From: a virus
Taxonomy: Duplodnaviria > Caudoviricetes
IMG/VR virus record: IMGVR_UViG_3300014658_000138
Coordinates: 1-30,273 of that record
DNA: 30,273 nucleotides
Strand: one strand, 5' to 3'
Both the position numbers and the translations under genes were made by a program. The notes below the pieces were generated by a model. It was not told where the DNA came from. It made no database searches and was given only the letters and a program-made list of their open reading frames with translations. Positions 15,279 through 23,200 of the stretch are shown one piece after another (within the stretch, counting starts at the first letter, position 1; each line of letters starts with the position of its first letter).

Positions 15279-16298
15279 TTACTGATACTGCATCGAGATC
15301 AGCGTAATCGCTTCCGGACGGATGCCCCACCCGGAAGTGATGCGCCATTCCTGCAGTACGTCGATCGCGCCGCCCGCGAGTGGCGTCGGAATCTCACGCG
15401 GCGCCGCCATGTCGCAATACATGAGGGTGCATGCGTCGATGCCCGGAGCGAGCTTGGCGAACTCGTTGGTGTTGATCTTGTCGCCCGCCGGCTTGGTGAC
15501 TTCCGGCATGGTGATGACCACGAGATCGTTGCCGCCCGCGCCCTGACCGATCAGGGTGTCGTCGTAGCACCACAGAATCTCGTCGCCGTTCATCGCGAGA
15601 ACATCCTTGACGAGACCCGCGGTGGACGACGTACCGGCGCCGCCGCGCTGGTACTGCACCAGCTGGACGACGTTGTACTCGAAGGTTCCGAGCACGCGCT
15701 GCGGCCCGAGGATCGTGAACTTCTTCCCGATGCCGAGCTGGTTGGTGCGCGTCTTGATCTGCTGGATCTGCTGAACCAGGAACAGACCCATCTGACCGTT
15801 GTCGTAGGTGACGACGGTGGTGTCGCCGTTGGAATCCGGCGGCAGATTGACCGAAGTCGCGCCATTCGCGTTGACGAGACCTTCGCCGTTCGACGGGTTC
15901 AGCCCGTAGAGCAATGCAGTGCGTGCGAACTGGAAGTGGCCCTGCCGCATCCCGAGGCGCTGAGCCTCCTGGATGCTGACGCCCCAGCGACCCATCGCCG
16001 CGGTGTCGTGATGATCATACTCGCCGCGCACCCGGATCAGGTACGAAGGAGTCGAAATCATCGACAGCGTGGTCGAGACGGAGGGCAGCTGATTGTACGC
16101 CGACTGACCAGCCGCGACCCGCGAGCGCAGGTCGATCCGCTTCATGTAGACGTACAAGTCGCCGTCAGAGAGCTTCATCTGCGGCTGGCCGTCGTAAAGC
16201 GTCTCGAATGCGCCGGACGCCTGCACGTACGGCAGGATGATGCCCGGCTCGATGAAGCTCGGGCTGACGATTTGGAATGACGGGGCGATATTCGCCAT
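15279..16298 (-). CDS. Major capsid protein (339 aa)
   Basis: Size, position after scaffold and decoration genes, strong AAGGAG RBS and biased codon use. LLYGLNP.NGEGL.N and RITSGWGIRPEA resemble DUF2184-type HK97-fold capsids. Confidence 0.85.
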   Translation of the reverse strand: MANIAPSFQIVSPSFIEPGIILPYVQASGAFETLYDGQPQMKLSDGDLYVYMKRIDLRSRVAAGQSAYNQLPSVSTTLSMISTPSYLIRVRGEYDHHDTAAMGRWGVSIQEAQRLGMRQGHFQFARTALLYGLNPSNGEGLVNANGATSVNLPPDSNGDTTVVTYDNGQMGLFLVQQIQQIKTRTNQLGIGKKFTILGPQRVLGTFEYNVVQLVQYQRGGAGTSSTAGLVKDVLAMNGDEILWCYDDTLIGQGAGGNDLVVITMPEVTKPAGDKINTNEFAKLAPGIDACTLMYCDMAAPREIPTPLAGGAIDVLQEWRITSGWGIRPEAITLISMQYQ

Positions 16299-16323
16299 AA
16301 CGCTTTCTCCTTCCTATGGCGCC

Positions 16324-17232
16324 TCAGATGAGGATGATCGCCGTGTTGCCTGCGTACTGCCAGGTGCAGTTGCCGGTGACGGGGTTGTAGACGACCGTCA
16401 TCGAGTTGCCGAGCTGGACGTCGAGGATCTTGACGTTCAGCAGGCCGGTGCCGTAATTGAGGACCTGGGTGCCCGCGAACGTTCCCCACAGAGTCGAGGT
16501 GCCCGGCAGGAGGTAGGTGAAGTGCGACGCGTCGGTCCAGGTGTTGATCGTATGCTCGGTGTTGATCAACGAGACGCTGCCAGTGCCGGTGTTGGTGGTG
16601 CCGGAGACGTTGATCACGTCGCCGATGCCTGTGGTCGGCGAAGGCGTCGCCATCACGACCGCGACCTGACCGCCGTTGGTCGAAGACCATGTCTGCGACG
16701 TGATCGAGTACGTCGCAGTGGAAGCGTCATACTGCTGCAACAGCTGGTCGTTGAAGTCCCAAGACGACTGCTGCGTGATCGTCCCGCCGAGCAGGCCGGC
16801 GGCGTAGGTCGGGTCGATGCGAACTGCGATGCGCGCGCCGGAGCCGAGCCGGTAGAAGTTGACCGTCATGCCGGGAGCCGAAGTCGGAACCGGGCTCTGC
16901 GGCGAGTTGATCATCGCGTGGTCCTGGTCGAACACGCTGAAGCCCGTGAGGGTGCCGGCGTTGTTCAGCGACAAGGTGGTCGCGCGAGTGACGTAACCGC
17001 CGAGGTTCGGAACCGGGAACGGCTTGGTCGCCGAGATCGGGGTGACAGCCTCCGCGATGCCGACGCCACCCCACATCGGGAGCGTCTCGTTGGGACCGAG
17101 AATGCCACCGGCCAGCGCGAAGCGCACCGCCGGATCATTGAGCGCGGTGCCCTGAATATACCCCGCAGTGGAGGTGATGAAAGTGCCCGCCGCATTCGAA
17201 GTCGGCAGCGGATTGGTGATGGGGAAGACCAT
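16324..17232 (-). CDS. Capsid decoration/cement protein with an inserted beta-sandwich domain (302 aa)
   Basis: Lies between scaffold and capsid genes; GYIQG.AL.DPA.RF.LAGG, PMWGGVGI and FYRLGSGARI motifs; AAGGA RBS. Confidence 0.75.
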   Translation of the reverse strand: MVFPITNPLPTSNAAGTFITSTAGYIQGTALNDPAVRFALAGGILGPNETLPMWGGVGIAEAVTPISATKPFPVPNLGGYVTRATTLSLNNAGTLTGFSVFDQDHAMINSPQSPVPTSAPGMTVNFYRLGSGARIAVRIDPTYAAGLLGGTITQQSSWDFNDQLLQQYDASTATYSITSQTWSSTNGGQVAVVMATPSPTTGIGDVINVSGTTNTGTGSVSLINTEHTINTWTDASHFTYLLPGTSTLWGTFAGTQVLNYGTGLLNVKILDVQLGNSMTVVYNPVTGNCTWQYAGNTAIILI

Positions 17233-17257
17233 GGTGTGAAGTTCCTTGAAGTTAGAG

Positions 17258-17358
17258 TGGGCGCCGAGCGACCCGGTAACGATCCGGGCATGCGACTGTC
17301 CATATCATCAGAGTCGCGCGCTTATTGGAGTGGGTTCACCTGTCCCCCATCGCTCGGC
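17258..17358 (-). ncRNA. tRNA-like structured RNA with non-canonical anticodon region
   Basis: GCCGAGCGA/TCGCTCGGC acceptor-like stem; TG linker; D-arm-like GGGG-ACAGGTGA-ACCC; T-arm-like CCCGG-ATCGTTA-CCGGG directly before the 3' strand; then GC-CCA. Confidence 0.6.
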
Positions 17359-17365
17359 ATAAAGG

Positions 17366-18286
17366 TTAGTTCTGCGACCGCGTCTCGAAGAACGCGACCC
17401 GACGCGTCGGAGGAGCGAACTGCTGCATCCAGGCACGCGGCTGGCCGACCCACGAAATGTGCGTGCGACCGGTCTCGTCCGACTTGCGGATCATGCGGAG
17501 GTGTCCCTCCGCGACCGAAGCCGGCGACGTGTTGGCCGCGATCGAATCGGCGTAGATCTGCTTCTCTGCGATCTCGAGCGCTGCGCTGTCGGCCTTGGCG
17601 AGCTTGCCGAGGTCCACGTCTTTCCACGCGCCGGACTTCGCCTGGTGCTTCTTGAGCAACCGAATGCGATAGGAGACGACCGATTCCCCGTCCATCGGAC
17701 GCGGAGCGGAATCGCCCATCATCATGTAGGCGCTGTCGGCGCGCGACTGCGCGTCGGCGAGGGCCGCTTCGTCGGCGTCGGAGCGCGGCGCAACGAGACG
17801 CTCGATGCTGTCGAGACGACGGGCGAGCGAGTCAGCGCGAGAGTCCGCCTTCCGGCTGTCCTTCTTCTTGCTGTCGTCATCGTCATCGTCGTCATCGTCA
17901 TCGTCATCGTCGCCGCGCTTCTTGTCGGCGGCGATCTTCTCGTCGTGCTCGTCGGCCTTCTTGGAGTCCTTGCGCTTGTCCTTTTTGAACTGCTCCGGCA
18001 TCTCTCCGTCCTTGCGCTTGGAATCTTTCTTGGCCTTGTCTGCGGCGAGTTCCTTCGCTTTCTCATCGTCCTCGTCATCGTCGTCGTCGGCCTTCTTGGC
18101 CGAGTCGCCGCGCTTCTTTTCCATCTCCTCGATGGAATCCATGCGCGAGGACAACGAGTCAAGACACGACAACACGCGGTCGAGCTTGGTGCCCGCATCC
18201 GCGTCGGCCTTGGAAGTGGAGTCGGTGGCCTTTTCGCCTTCCTTCTTCTCCTCAGTCAAAGCCTTTTTCTCTTCGGTCTCTGGCAT
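17366..18286 (-). CDS. Capsid scaffold protein (306 aa)
   Basis: AGGAG RBS; highly charged K/D low-complexity N-terminal half with poly-Asp; C-terminal APRPMDGES...YR.RL; position between protease and capsid genes. Confidence 0.8.
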   Translation of the reverse strand: MPETEEKKALTEEKKEGEKATDSTSKADADAGTKLDRVLSCLDSLSSRMDSIEEMEKKRGDSAKKADDDDDEDDEKAKELAADKAKKDSKRKDGEMPEQFKKDKRKDSKKADEHDEKIAADKKRGDDDDDDDDDDDDDSKKKDSRKADSRADSLARRLDSIERLVAPRSDADEAALADAQSRADSAYMMMGDSAPRPMDGESVVSYRIRLLKKHQAKSGAWKDVDLGKLAKADSAALEIAEKQIYADSIAANTSPASVAEGHLRMIRKSDETGRTHISWVGQPRAWMQQFAPPTRRVAFFETRSQN

Positions 18287-18954
18287 TTTACATCTCCTAG
18301 GTTTGTCCCGCGAATAACCCTCCTTTGCGCCAACTCCAGCGGGGGAGATGTTGGCCTGGAACTGCGATTCAACTCAAACGCGGCACGCCTGCTTTCTGAC
18401 CAAGGGATGCCCTTCCTGCCGGGCTTTCCTTTCATCGCTTTGCTAAGATTTGCTCTATGCTCAGCCGAAAAAGGACCCTTTCTCAAAGGCGGCCGATTAC
18501 CATTTTTGATGCTTTTCTCTCGCTTCTTTCGTCGAGTTTCTTCCGAATCTTTAGCGCCCAGACGGGATGGTGGGCGGCTGCCATTCGCCAGCGCGCGATC
18601 GCGCATTCTTTGGCGAGTTTCCTCTGAAACCCTCGATCCGATTCCTTCTCCCCCATCGGACAAATTTGTCAAGCGTCCTGTTCCGAGATCGATGCGGCCG
18701 TATTGGCTGATCAAAGATTTTTCCACCGCGAAAGCTTCTTCCGAGGATAAATTTGCCGCCAAAATCTGCTTTGGAACAAAGCCTAGTTCGTTAAGGCGTT
18801 TTTTGATCGCCGCCGCTTTCCTGCGATTCTTTGATGCGCCTTTTACGGCTTCGCTTTCATGAAATTTCATCCGGTCGCGTTTTCCCTTCCCAACGTAAAA
18901 AGGGTCGGTGCATCCTTCATCTCGGTGCAGCGCGTAAACGTAAAACTCACCCAC
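18256..18954 (-). mobile_element. Free-standing GIY-YIG (LEM-3-like) homing endonuclease with NUMOD3 repeats
   Basis: FYVY...FYVGKG..DR...H, EAFAVEKSLI and LTNLSDGGEG motifs; NUMOD3-like SEETRQRM / SEETRRKK / SAEHRANLSKAMKG. Visibly more AT-rich than flanks. GTG 18954 is the probable start. Confidence 0.85.
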
Positions 18955-20161
18955 GGGATGCGTTTCTCTTGCTAAAACTATCCAAGCGATCCACCAAAGC
19001 CAAGGTTCGCTTTTCAATTTCATCCAGCTTGCCTGGATCCAGTCTCGGGGATGGAATCGAATCCGCTCTCGCCAATTCCGCGTCAACCTTCACTTCAACC
19101 GATTCAACGCCTTCTGGTGGACCCCCCTTATCCCACACCCCCACTTCGCAGATGGCGATGTGGTCCAGGAGACTTGGTTTGCCCTCGATCAAGAGGGTCG
19201 ATCCGTCTTCGAGTTCAACCTTCTGGTTGACCTCGGGGTAGCGAAATACGACAGACGGAGACGTCGACATCTTGCGATCGGAAAGAACCCGTATCGCGTC
19301 TACGTCGTAGACCTTCGCAATCGCCCACACCTCGTCGGCCGCGTGGTGCGTGTCGTTACCGAGGTAGGGCAGGAACACCGTCCCGACGATACGGTCGTTA
19401 AACTCCTTCGAGTTCAGCACCGCACCCTTGGGGTGCTCCATAATCACGGGCAGTCCGTTGCATCTCGCTAGAAACTCAGGCGTGAGGTAGTTCTCAGGCC
19501 GACGAAACACGAACTCGTCCAACGCTTTGCGATACGCCGTGTCGGTCCCGGTGATCCGGATGTCGAACAGCGTCATGTTCTCGTACTGTTGTGGCGACGT
19601 GAGACGACCCTCCGCCATCGCCCGCGCCACGCCAAGTTCGTCCATGTCGAACCGGGCGAGCGCGATCTCGCCCCCCGGATGCAGCGGAGTAGGGGGCGAA
19701 TCGATCGGCGCCCAGGCCCAGGCGACGTGCTCCTTGTCGGCGCCGAACAGGCTCTCGTCCGGCATGAACGGACGCTCGACTTCCATGACGAACGTGGTGA
19801 AGTCGACCAAGCTGTCTGGTGGAGCGGCGGTGGGATCGAAGGCGGCAGCCGGGGCGGCGTCCACCGGGAGGTTTGCCGCGCTCGCCCCGGCCTCCGCCGC
19901 GGCCACGAGAGGGACCCCCGCCGCAGCAGCCAAAGTAGATTGATTCGAGATCGACCGCGTATGGAGCCGCAGCTTGAGGTTCGGGTGCTTGCCGATCTCC
20001 TCACGCGCCTCGCGCCGCGCCGTCATTTCCGGTGTCTCGTCGTCCTCGGCGCATCCACCAGGAAAACACCACTCGTTCGCATGGTCGCCCTGCCCGCTGC
20101 GCTTGAGGAACAGCGCGCGGCGTCCAGGCGCCAGGAACAGTATGCCGGCGGCGTTGATCAC
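18947..20161 (-). CDS. Nudix hydrolase fused to DUF2213-type head maturation protease (404 aa)
   Basis: Complete Nudix box GCAEDDETPEMTARREAREEIG. C-terminal GLPVIMEHP...STSPSV...LLDHIAIC..GVWDKGG carries His/Ser motifs of the DUF2213 type. Confidence 0.85.
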   Translation of the reverse strand: MINAAGILFLAPGRRALFLKRSGQGDHANEWCFPGGCAEDDETPEMTARREAREEIGKHPNLKLRLHTRSISNQSTLAAAAGVPLVAAAEAGASAANLPVDAAPAAAFDPTAAPPDSLVDFTTFVMEVERPFMPDESLFGADKEHVAWAWAPIDSPPTPLHPGGEIALARFDMDELGVARAMAEGRLTSPQQYENMTLFDIRITGTDTAYRKALDEFVFRRPENYLTPEFLARCNGLPVIMEHPKGAVLNSKEFNDRIVGTVFLPYLGNDTHHAADEVWAIAKVYDVDAIRVLSDRKMSTSPSVVFRYPEVNQKVELEDGSTLLIEGKPSLLDHIAICEVGVWDKGGPPEGVESVEVKVDAELARADSIPSPRLDPGKLDEIEKRTLALVDRLDSFSKRNASRG

Positions 20162-20403
20162 GCGCCGTCACTCCGCGGAACGAAGAAGTTCTTGTCGTCG
20201 ATGGTCAATCGCGCACCATCCTTGCCGATCTCAACATGCACCGCGTGATCGAAATCCGGAAACGGCGGCAACGACGTTCCGTCAGACACAGTCAGGAACG
20301 GATCGCACGCCTCGTCGACCACAGTGCCAATGGTGACGTAATCGCCGCCGTGCGCGTGGAACATGAAGGCACACATCCCGGCGATGATCGGAGTCCAGAT
20401 CAC
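20158..20403 (-). CDS. Hypothetical protein (81 aa), hydrophobic N-terminus
   Basis: GTGA overlaps at both ends. Confidence 0.6.
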   Translation of the reverse strand: MIWTPIIAGMCAFMFHAHGGDYVTIGTVVDEACDPFLTVSDGTSLPPFPDFDHAVHVEIGKDGARLTIDDKNFFVPRSDGA

Positions 20404-20744
20404 CGCACCATCTCCCGCTTTCCGTGGATCTCGATGCCCGCGCGTTCAGCCCCGGTGTCGGAATCCGCGATATTGCACATCTGCCCGTCGTTGCGGTCCA
20501 TGTAGCATCCCACGCGGGTCATCAGACGCTCGGCGTCAGCAACAGCCTTGTCGAGCTTGGTGCCGTAGTCTGCGGGAATGGGCGTCTGGTCCTCGGGGGT
20601 GCCTGGTTCGGCGGCGTCGGAGCGATCCACTCCCGTCAACGTCCCTTTGTTCTTCATCGCGTAGAACACGCGCTCACCGCTTTCGGGGCCATACTCCTTC
20701 TTGAGTTTGGCCATGACCTCTGAACCCTTGGCGGTGAGCGGCAT
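20400..20744 (-). CDS. Hypothetical head-associated protein (114 aa)
   Basis: MPLTAKG...KKEYG...GERVFYA.KNKG N-terminus, recalled from phage head regions; carries the KLD..R[VML] helix shared with the scaffold. Confidence 0.75.
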   Translation of the reverse strand: MPLTAKGSEVMAKLKKEYGPESGERVFYAMKNKGTLTGVDRSDAAEPGTPEDQTPIPADYGTKLDKAVADAERLMTRVGCYMDRNDGQMCNIADSDTGAERAGIEIHGKREMVR

Positions 20745-20746
20745 CC

Positions 20747-20944
20747 CTATTCCCCTTTGACGTGCCAGAGACCGCGGTCCCAGGAGATTTCGCCCCAGTC
20801 GTAGGTTTCCCAGCGACCGTCGTCGAACTTGACGCGAACTTGATTGCCGGACTCGTGACGAACGACCACGTCAATGACGCCGAATTGAGTGCCATCCGTG
20901 ACGTCGGCACCCAGCAATGGTTCGCGCTCGATGGTCGCGTTCAT
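20747..20944 (-). CDS. Small hypothetical protein (65 aa)
   Basis: ATG at 20944 overlaps the upstream TGA (ATGA); MNATIEREPLLGADV... Confidence 0.55.
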   Translation of the reverse strand: MNATIEREPLLGADVTDGTQFGVIDVVVRHESGNQVRVKFDDGRWETYDWGEISWDRGLWHVKGE

Positions 20945-21180
20945 CTGTGCAACGGAGGCGATAGCGACGGCAACGGGCCGACACACCCGATCAGCATGAA
21001 CAGCAAGTAAACGCCGAAACACGCAATCAAGACCCACATCACAACCATCATCACCTGCGGCATCGGGGCAGGGAATCCGAAGAACGAGATGAACCATGGA
21101 ATCAAGATGCGAATGATAGTAATCGCCCCGATCACCACAATCAGGTAAATCCAGAATTGCGGATTGGTTACACAAGCCAT
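20941..21180 (-). CDS. Putative holin (two TM helices)
   Basis: AAGGAG RBS; two long hydrophobic segments; downstream of the endolysin. Confidence 0.6.
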   Translation of the reverse strand: MACVTNPQFWIYLIVVIGAITIIRILIPWFISFFGFPAPMPQVMMVVMWVLIACFGVYLLFMLIGCVGPLPSLSPPLHR

Positions 21181-21218
21181 AGCAGTTCTCCTTCAGGTGG
21201 TGGTCCCTCCCCCGCCTT

Positions 21219-21344
21219 TCAGAAAAGCTCCTTGATCATCAGGATGACCCCGATGACGCACGTTCCGACGATTGCAAACAAGATGGAAACGAACGCCCAG
21301 GCGAGAGCATTCGCGAATTCGCGAGATGGCGGCAGGTCGCGCAT
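21219..21344 (-). CDS. Single-TM microprotein (41 aa), possible holin/antiholin
   Basis: Read by hand, not in the track. TGATG-coupled to the endolysin stop; MRDLPPSREFANALAWAFVSILFAIVGTCVIGVILMIKELF. Confidence 0.6.
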   Translation of the reverse strand: MRDLPPSREFANALAWAFVSILFAIVGTCVIGVILMIKELF

Positions 21345-22198
21345 CACGTCGCCTTAATCGCCTTAACGGTGTCCGGCCCTGCGACGCCGTCCGCCGCGAG
21401 ACCCTTCGACGACTGATACTCGGTCACGGCGCGCATGGTGTCGCGGCCGTAGACGCCGTCCACAGTCAATCCGGCATTGTCGACCGAGTTGAGTGCGAGC
21501 TGAAGCGCCTCCACATCCTGCGTGGACGCGGTGGCAGGAAACACCGCGTCTGGTAGAGGTGGAGGCGCAACTCGTGGGATGAAGAACCCGGCGTCGCGCG
21601 CGGGATCGCGCAACACGTTCGGGTCGATGTTCATCCCGAATAGCTTGGCCGACAGCTTCTGGTGCATGTCCCAGTCGCCGGAGTTGAGCGCTCGCGTGGT
21701 CCCGGAAAAGCCGTTGGACTGCGTGAGCCACGTGCCGTCGGAATCGATGAAGCCCATTCGCTCCAGGTAGTCGCAGGTGTCGCCCGCGCCGTAGCACCAC
21801 CGCTGCGGCTTGAGATGTGCGTTGGCGAGGAAGAACGCCTGGAACGCGGCACCGTGCGCACCGATCCGGTTGCGCGGGTAGTTGGCGTCGGACGCGTAGG
21901 CCAGGAAGAAGTTCTGCGGCGCCCCAAAGAGCTCACATTGCTCCGCAGCCCACTGCCCGTCTGCACGCCCCGCGTCCGCGCCGAAAGTCTGCGCCACCAG
22001 CTCGCTGACGATGCCGAGGCGGATCTTGCCGTTGGTCGCCGCGATGGCCCGCGCCTCGGCAGTCTTGATCGTCTTCCACGACCCCGTCGGCGCGCGGCAG
22101 ACGTAGCGGATGACGTCCACGCCCTGCGGGAATGTGCGCAGCAGATCCGGGATGTGCGGCGTCACGTCCTGCCAGGTGTCGAAAATGTAGCGGGTCAT
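21344..22198 (-). CDS. Endolysin: DUF1906/GH25-like glycoside hydrolase plus C-terminal peptidoglycan-binding domain
   Basis: IRYV...KTIK.AEA N-terminal pattern; PG_binding_1 pattern VEALQLALN...LTVDGVYGRDT..AV..YQ..KGL.ADGVAGPDT. GAGGAG RBS lies 8 nt before ATG 22198. Confidence 0.85.
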   Translation of the reverse strand: MTRYIFDTWQDVTPHIPDLLRTFPQGVDVIRYVCRAPTGSWKTIKTAEARAIAATNGKIRLGIVSELVAQTFGADAGRADGQWAAEQCELFGAPQNFFLAYASDANYPRNRIGAHGAAFQAFFLANAHLKPQRWCYGAGDTCDYLERMGFIDSDGTWLTQSNGFSGTTRALNSGDWDMHQKLSAKLFGMNIDPNVLRDPARDAGFFIPRVAPPPLPDAVFPATASTQDVEALQLALNSVDNAGLTVDGVYGRDTMRAVTEYQSSKGLAADGVAGPDTVKAIKAT

Positions 22199-22203
22199 AG
22201 GGG

Positions 22204-22404
22204 TCACTCCTCACTCATATTCCTACGCAACCACCCCTCGAACCCCTCTTGATTTCTAAGAAACGCCTGCACCTGCACTCTCGCGTGTTCCTTCGCTTCG
22301 ATCTTCAGCCCCCGCATGCGCGCCTTCGCTACTTGGCGCAACTCCCGCCGCGTCAGCGCGCCCATTGGGGCCACTAATTTCGCGTCTAACTCTTGCGAGT
22401 TCAT
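22204..22404 (-). CDS. Possible small basic protein overlapping the 3' end of the gpF-like gene
   Basis: MNSQELDAKL...WLRRNMSEE ends just before the endolysin start; overlaps the upstream gene by 149 nt. Confidence 0.3.
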   Translation of the reverse strand: MNSQELDAKLVAPMGALTRRELRQVAKARMRGLKIEAKEHARVQVQAFLRNQEGFEGWLRRNMSEE

Positions 22405-23200
22405 CGATGCCCCTCTGGGTGAGCATGTCGCGCGGCAGGTCGCGCAGCGAATAGATCCACTGGTAGTAGCAGCGGCAATAGACAAACTCGCCAGGCTGTT
22501 CGATCTCGTCGGTGTAGCCGTTCGGCGATTTCATCAGGCCGCGTTGGAGCGCCCAGTTTCCGCGGACAGCGTAAACCACACTATCTCGCTCTCTGTGGTC
22601 TTCGCGGTAATTGTAGCCAGACTGGCGCCAATGCGAATGCCATATTCCCGCCAGAGCGCCCCCTTCCCTAGCGAGAATGTCACTGAGTGAACTCGCGAGC
22701 TTGTGTCCCTGGTCGATGACAACGCGTCGCTCTTCGAACGCGAGAGACCCGAGCGCTTTCTTGACATTTTCTTTCACTTCTCTCTTGTCTACGACGACAG
22801 ATCCGCCCGCGGGAACTGAAGTAGCCCACCCCTTGAGTCGCTGGAGCGTCTGCTCGACGGCTCGTTCCTTATTGAGCTTGATGAGGTCGGCGGCGGCGTA
22901 TATGCGACGATCAAGCTCTGCGCGAAGGCTCGGCTTGACCCGCTCCAGAACGAAGCGAGCGACGCCACGATGTCGCTTTGCAAGGCCACCGCGCTCCACC
23001 AGGCGGCGATAAATGGTCTCGAGTCCACGGCGCAACGCCTCCTCGCGCATGTGTGAGCTGCCGGCGACTCGCTCGGCCGCCTCTTGCAGCATTCTCGTCC
23101 AGTATTCGACGCGGCCGGGGCTATCGAAGCCGTGGTCCGTCAGGTCCGCGACGGCCGCGGTGAGAATCTCGTCGAAGGTACGGCGAGCGGAAGCGGGCAT
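22256..23200 (-). CDS. Minor head morphogenesis protein (Mu gpF / SPP1 gp7-like)
   Basis: W.SHW...YREDH.ERD and PGEFVYCRC motifs; position after the portal; TAATG coupling. Confidence 0.85.
   Translation of the reverse strand: MPASARRTFDEILTAAVADLTDHGFDSPGRVEYWTRMLQEAAERVAGSSHMREEALRRGLETIYRRLVERGGLAKRHRGVARFVLERVKPSLRAELDRRIYAAADLIKLNKERAVEQTLQRLKGWATSVPAGGSVVVDKREVKENVKKALGSLAFEERRVVIDQGHKLASSLSDILAREGGALAGIWHSHWRQSGYNYREDHRERDSVVYAVRGNWALQRGLMKSPNGYTDEIEQPGEFVYCRCYYQWIYSLRDLPRDMLTQRGIDELARVRREISGPNGRADAAGVAPSSEGAHAGAEDRSEGTRESAGAGVS

Noticed and set aside
17298-17317. CTGATGA resembling a hammerhead ribozyme core or C/D box
   Set aside because: No GAAA core strand or stem II/III arrangement follows; it sits in a hairpin loop.
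17258-17358. Calling the element a functional tRNA
   Set aside because: No 5-bp/7-nt anticodon arm, a 9-bp acceptor stem and a non-TTC T-loop; kept only as tRNA-like.
17873-17911. (TCG/TCA)n trinucleotide run as a regulatory microsatellite or array
   Set aside because: It encodes the scaffold poly-Asp tract with mixed GAC/GAT codons.
18256-18954. Group I intron or intein around the endonuclease
   Set aside because: No non-coding space for an intron core, no intein termini, and the scaffold has its own strong RBS.
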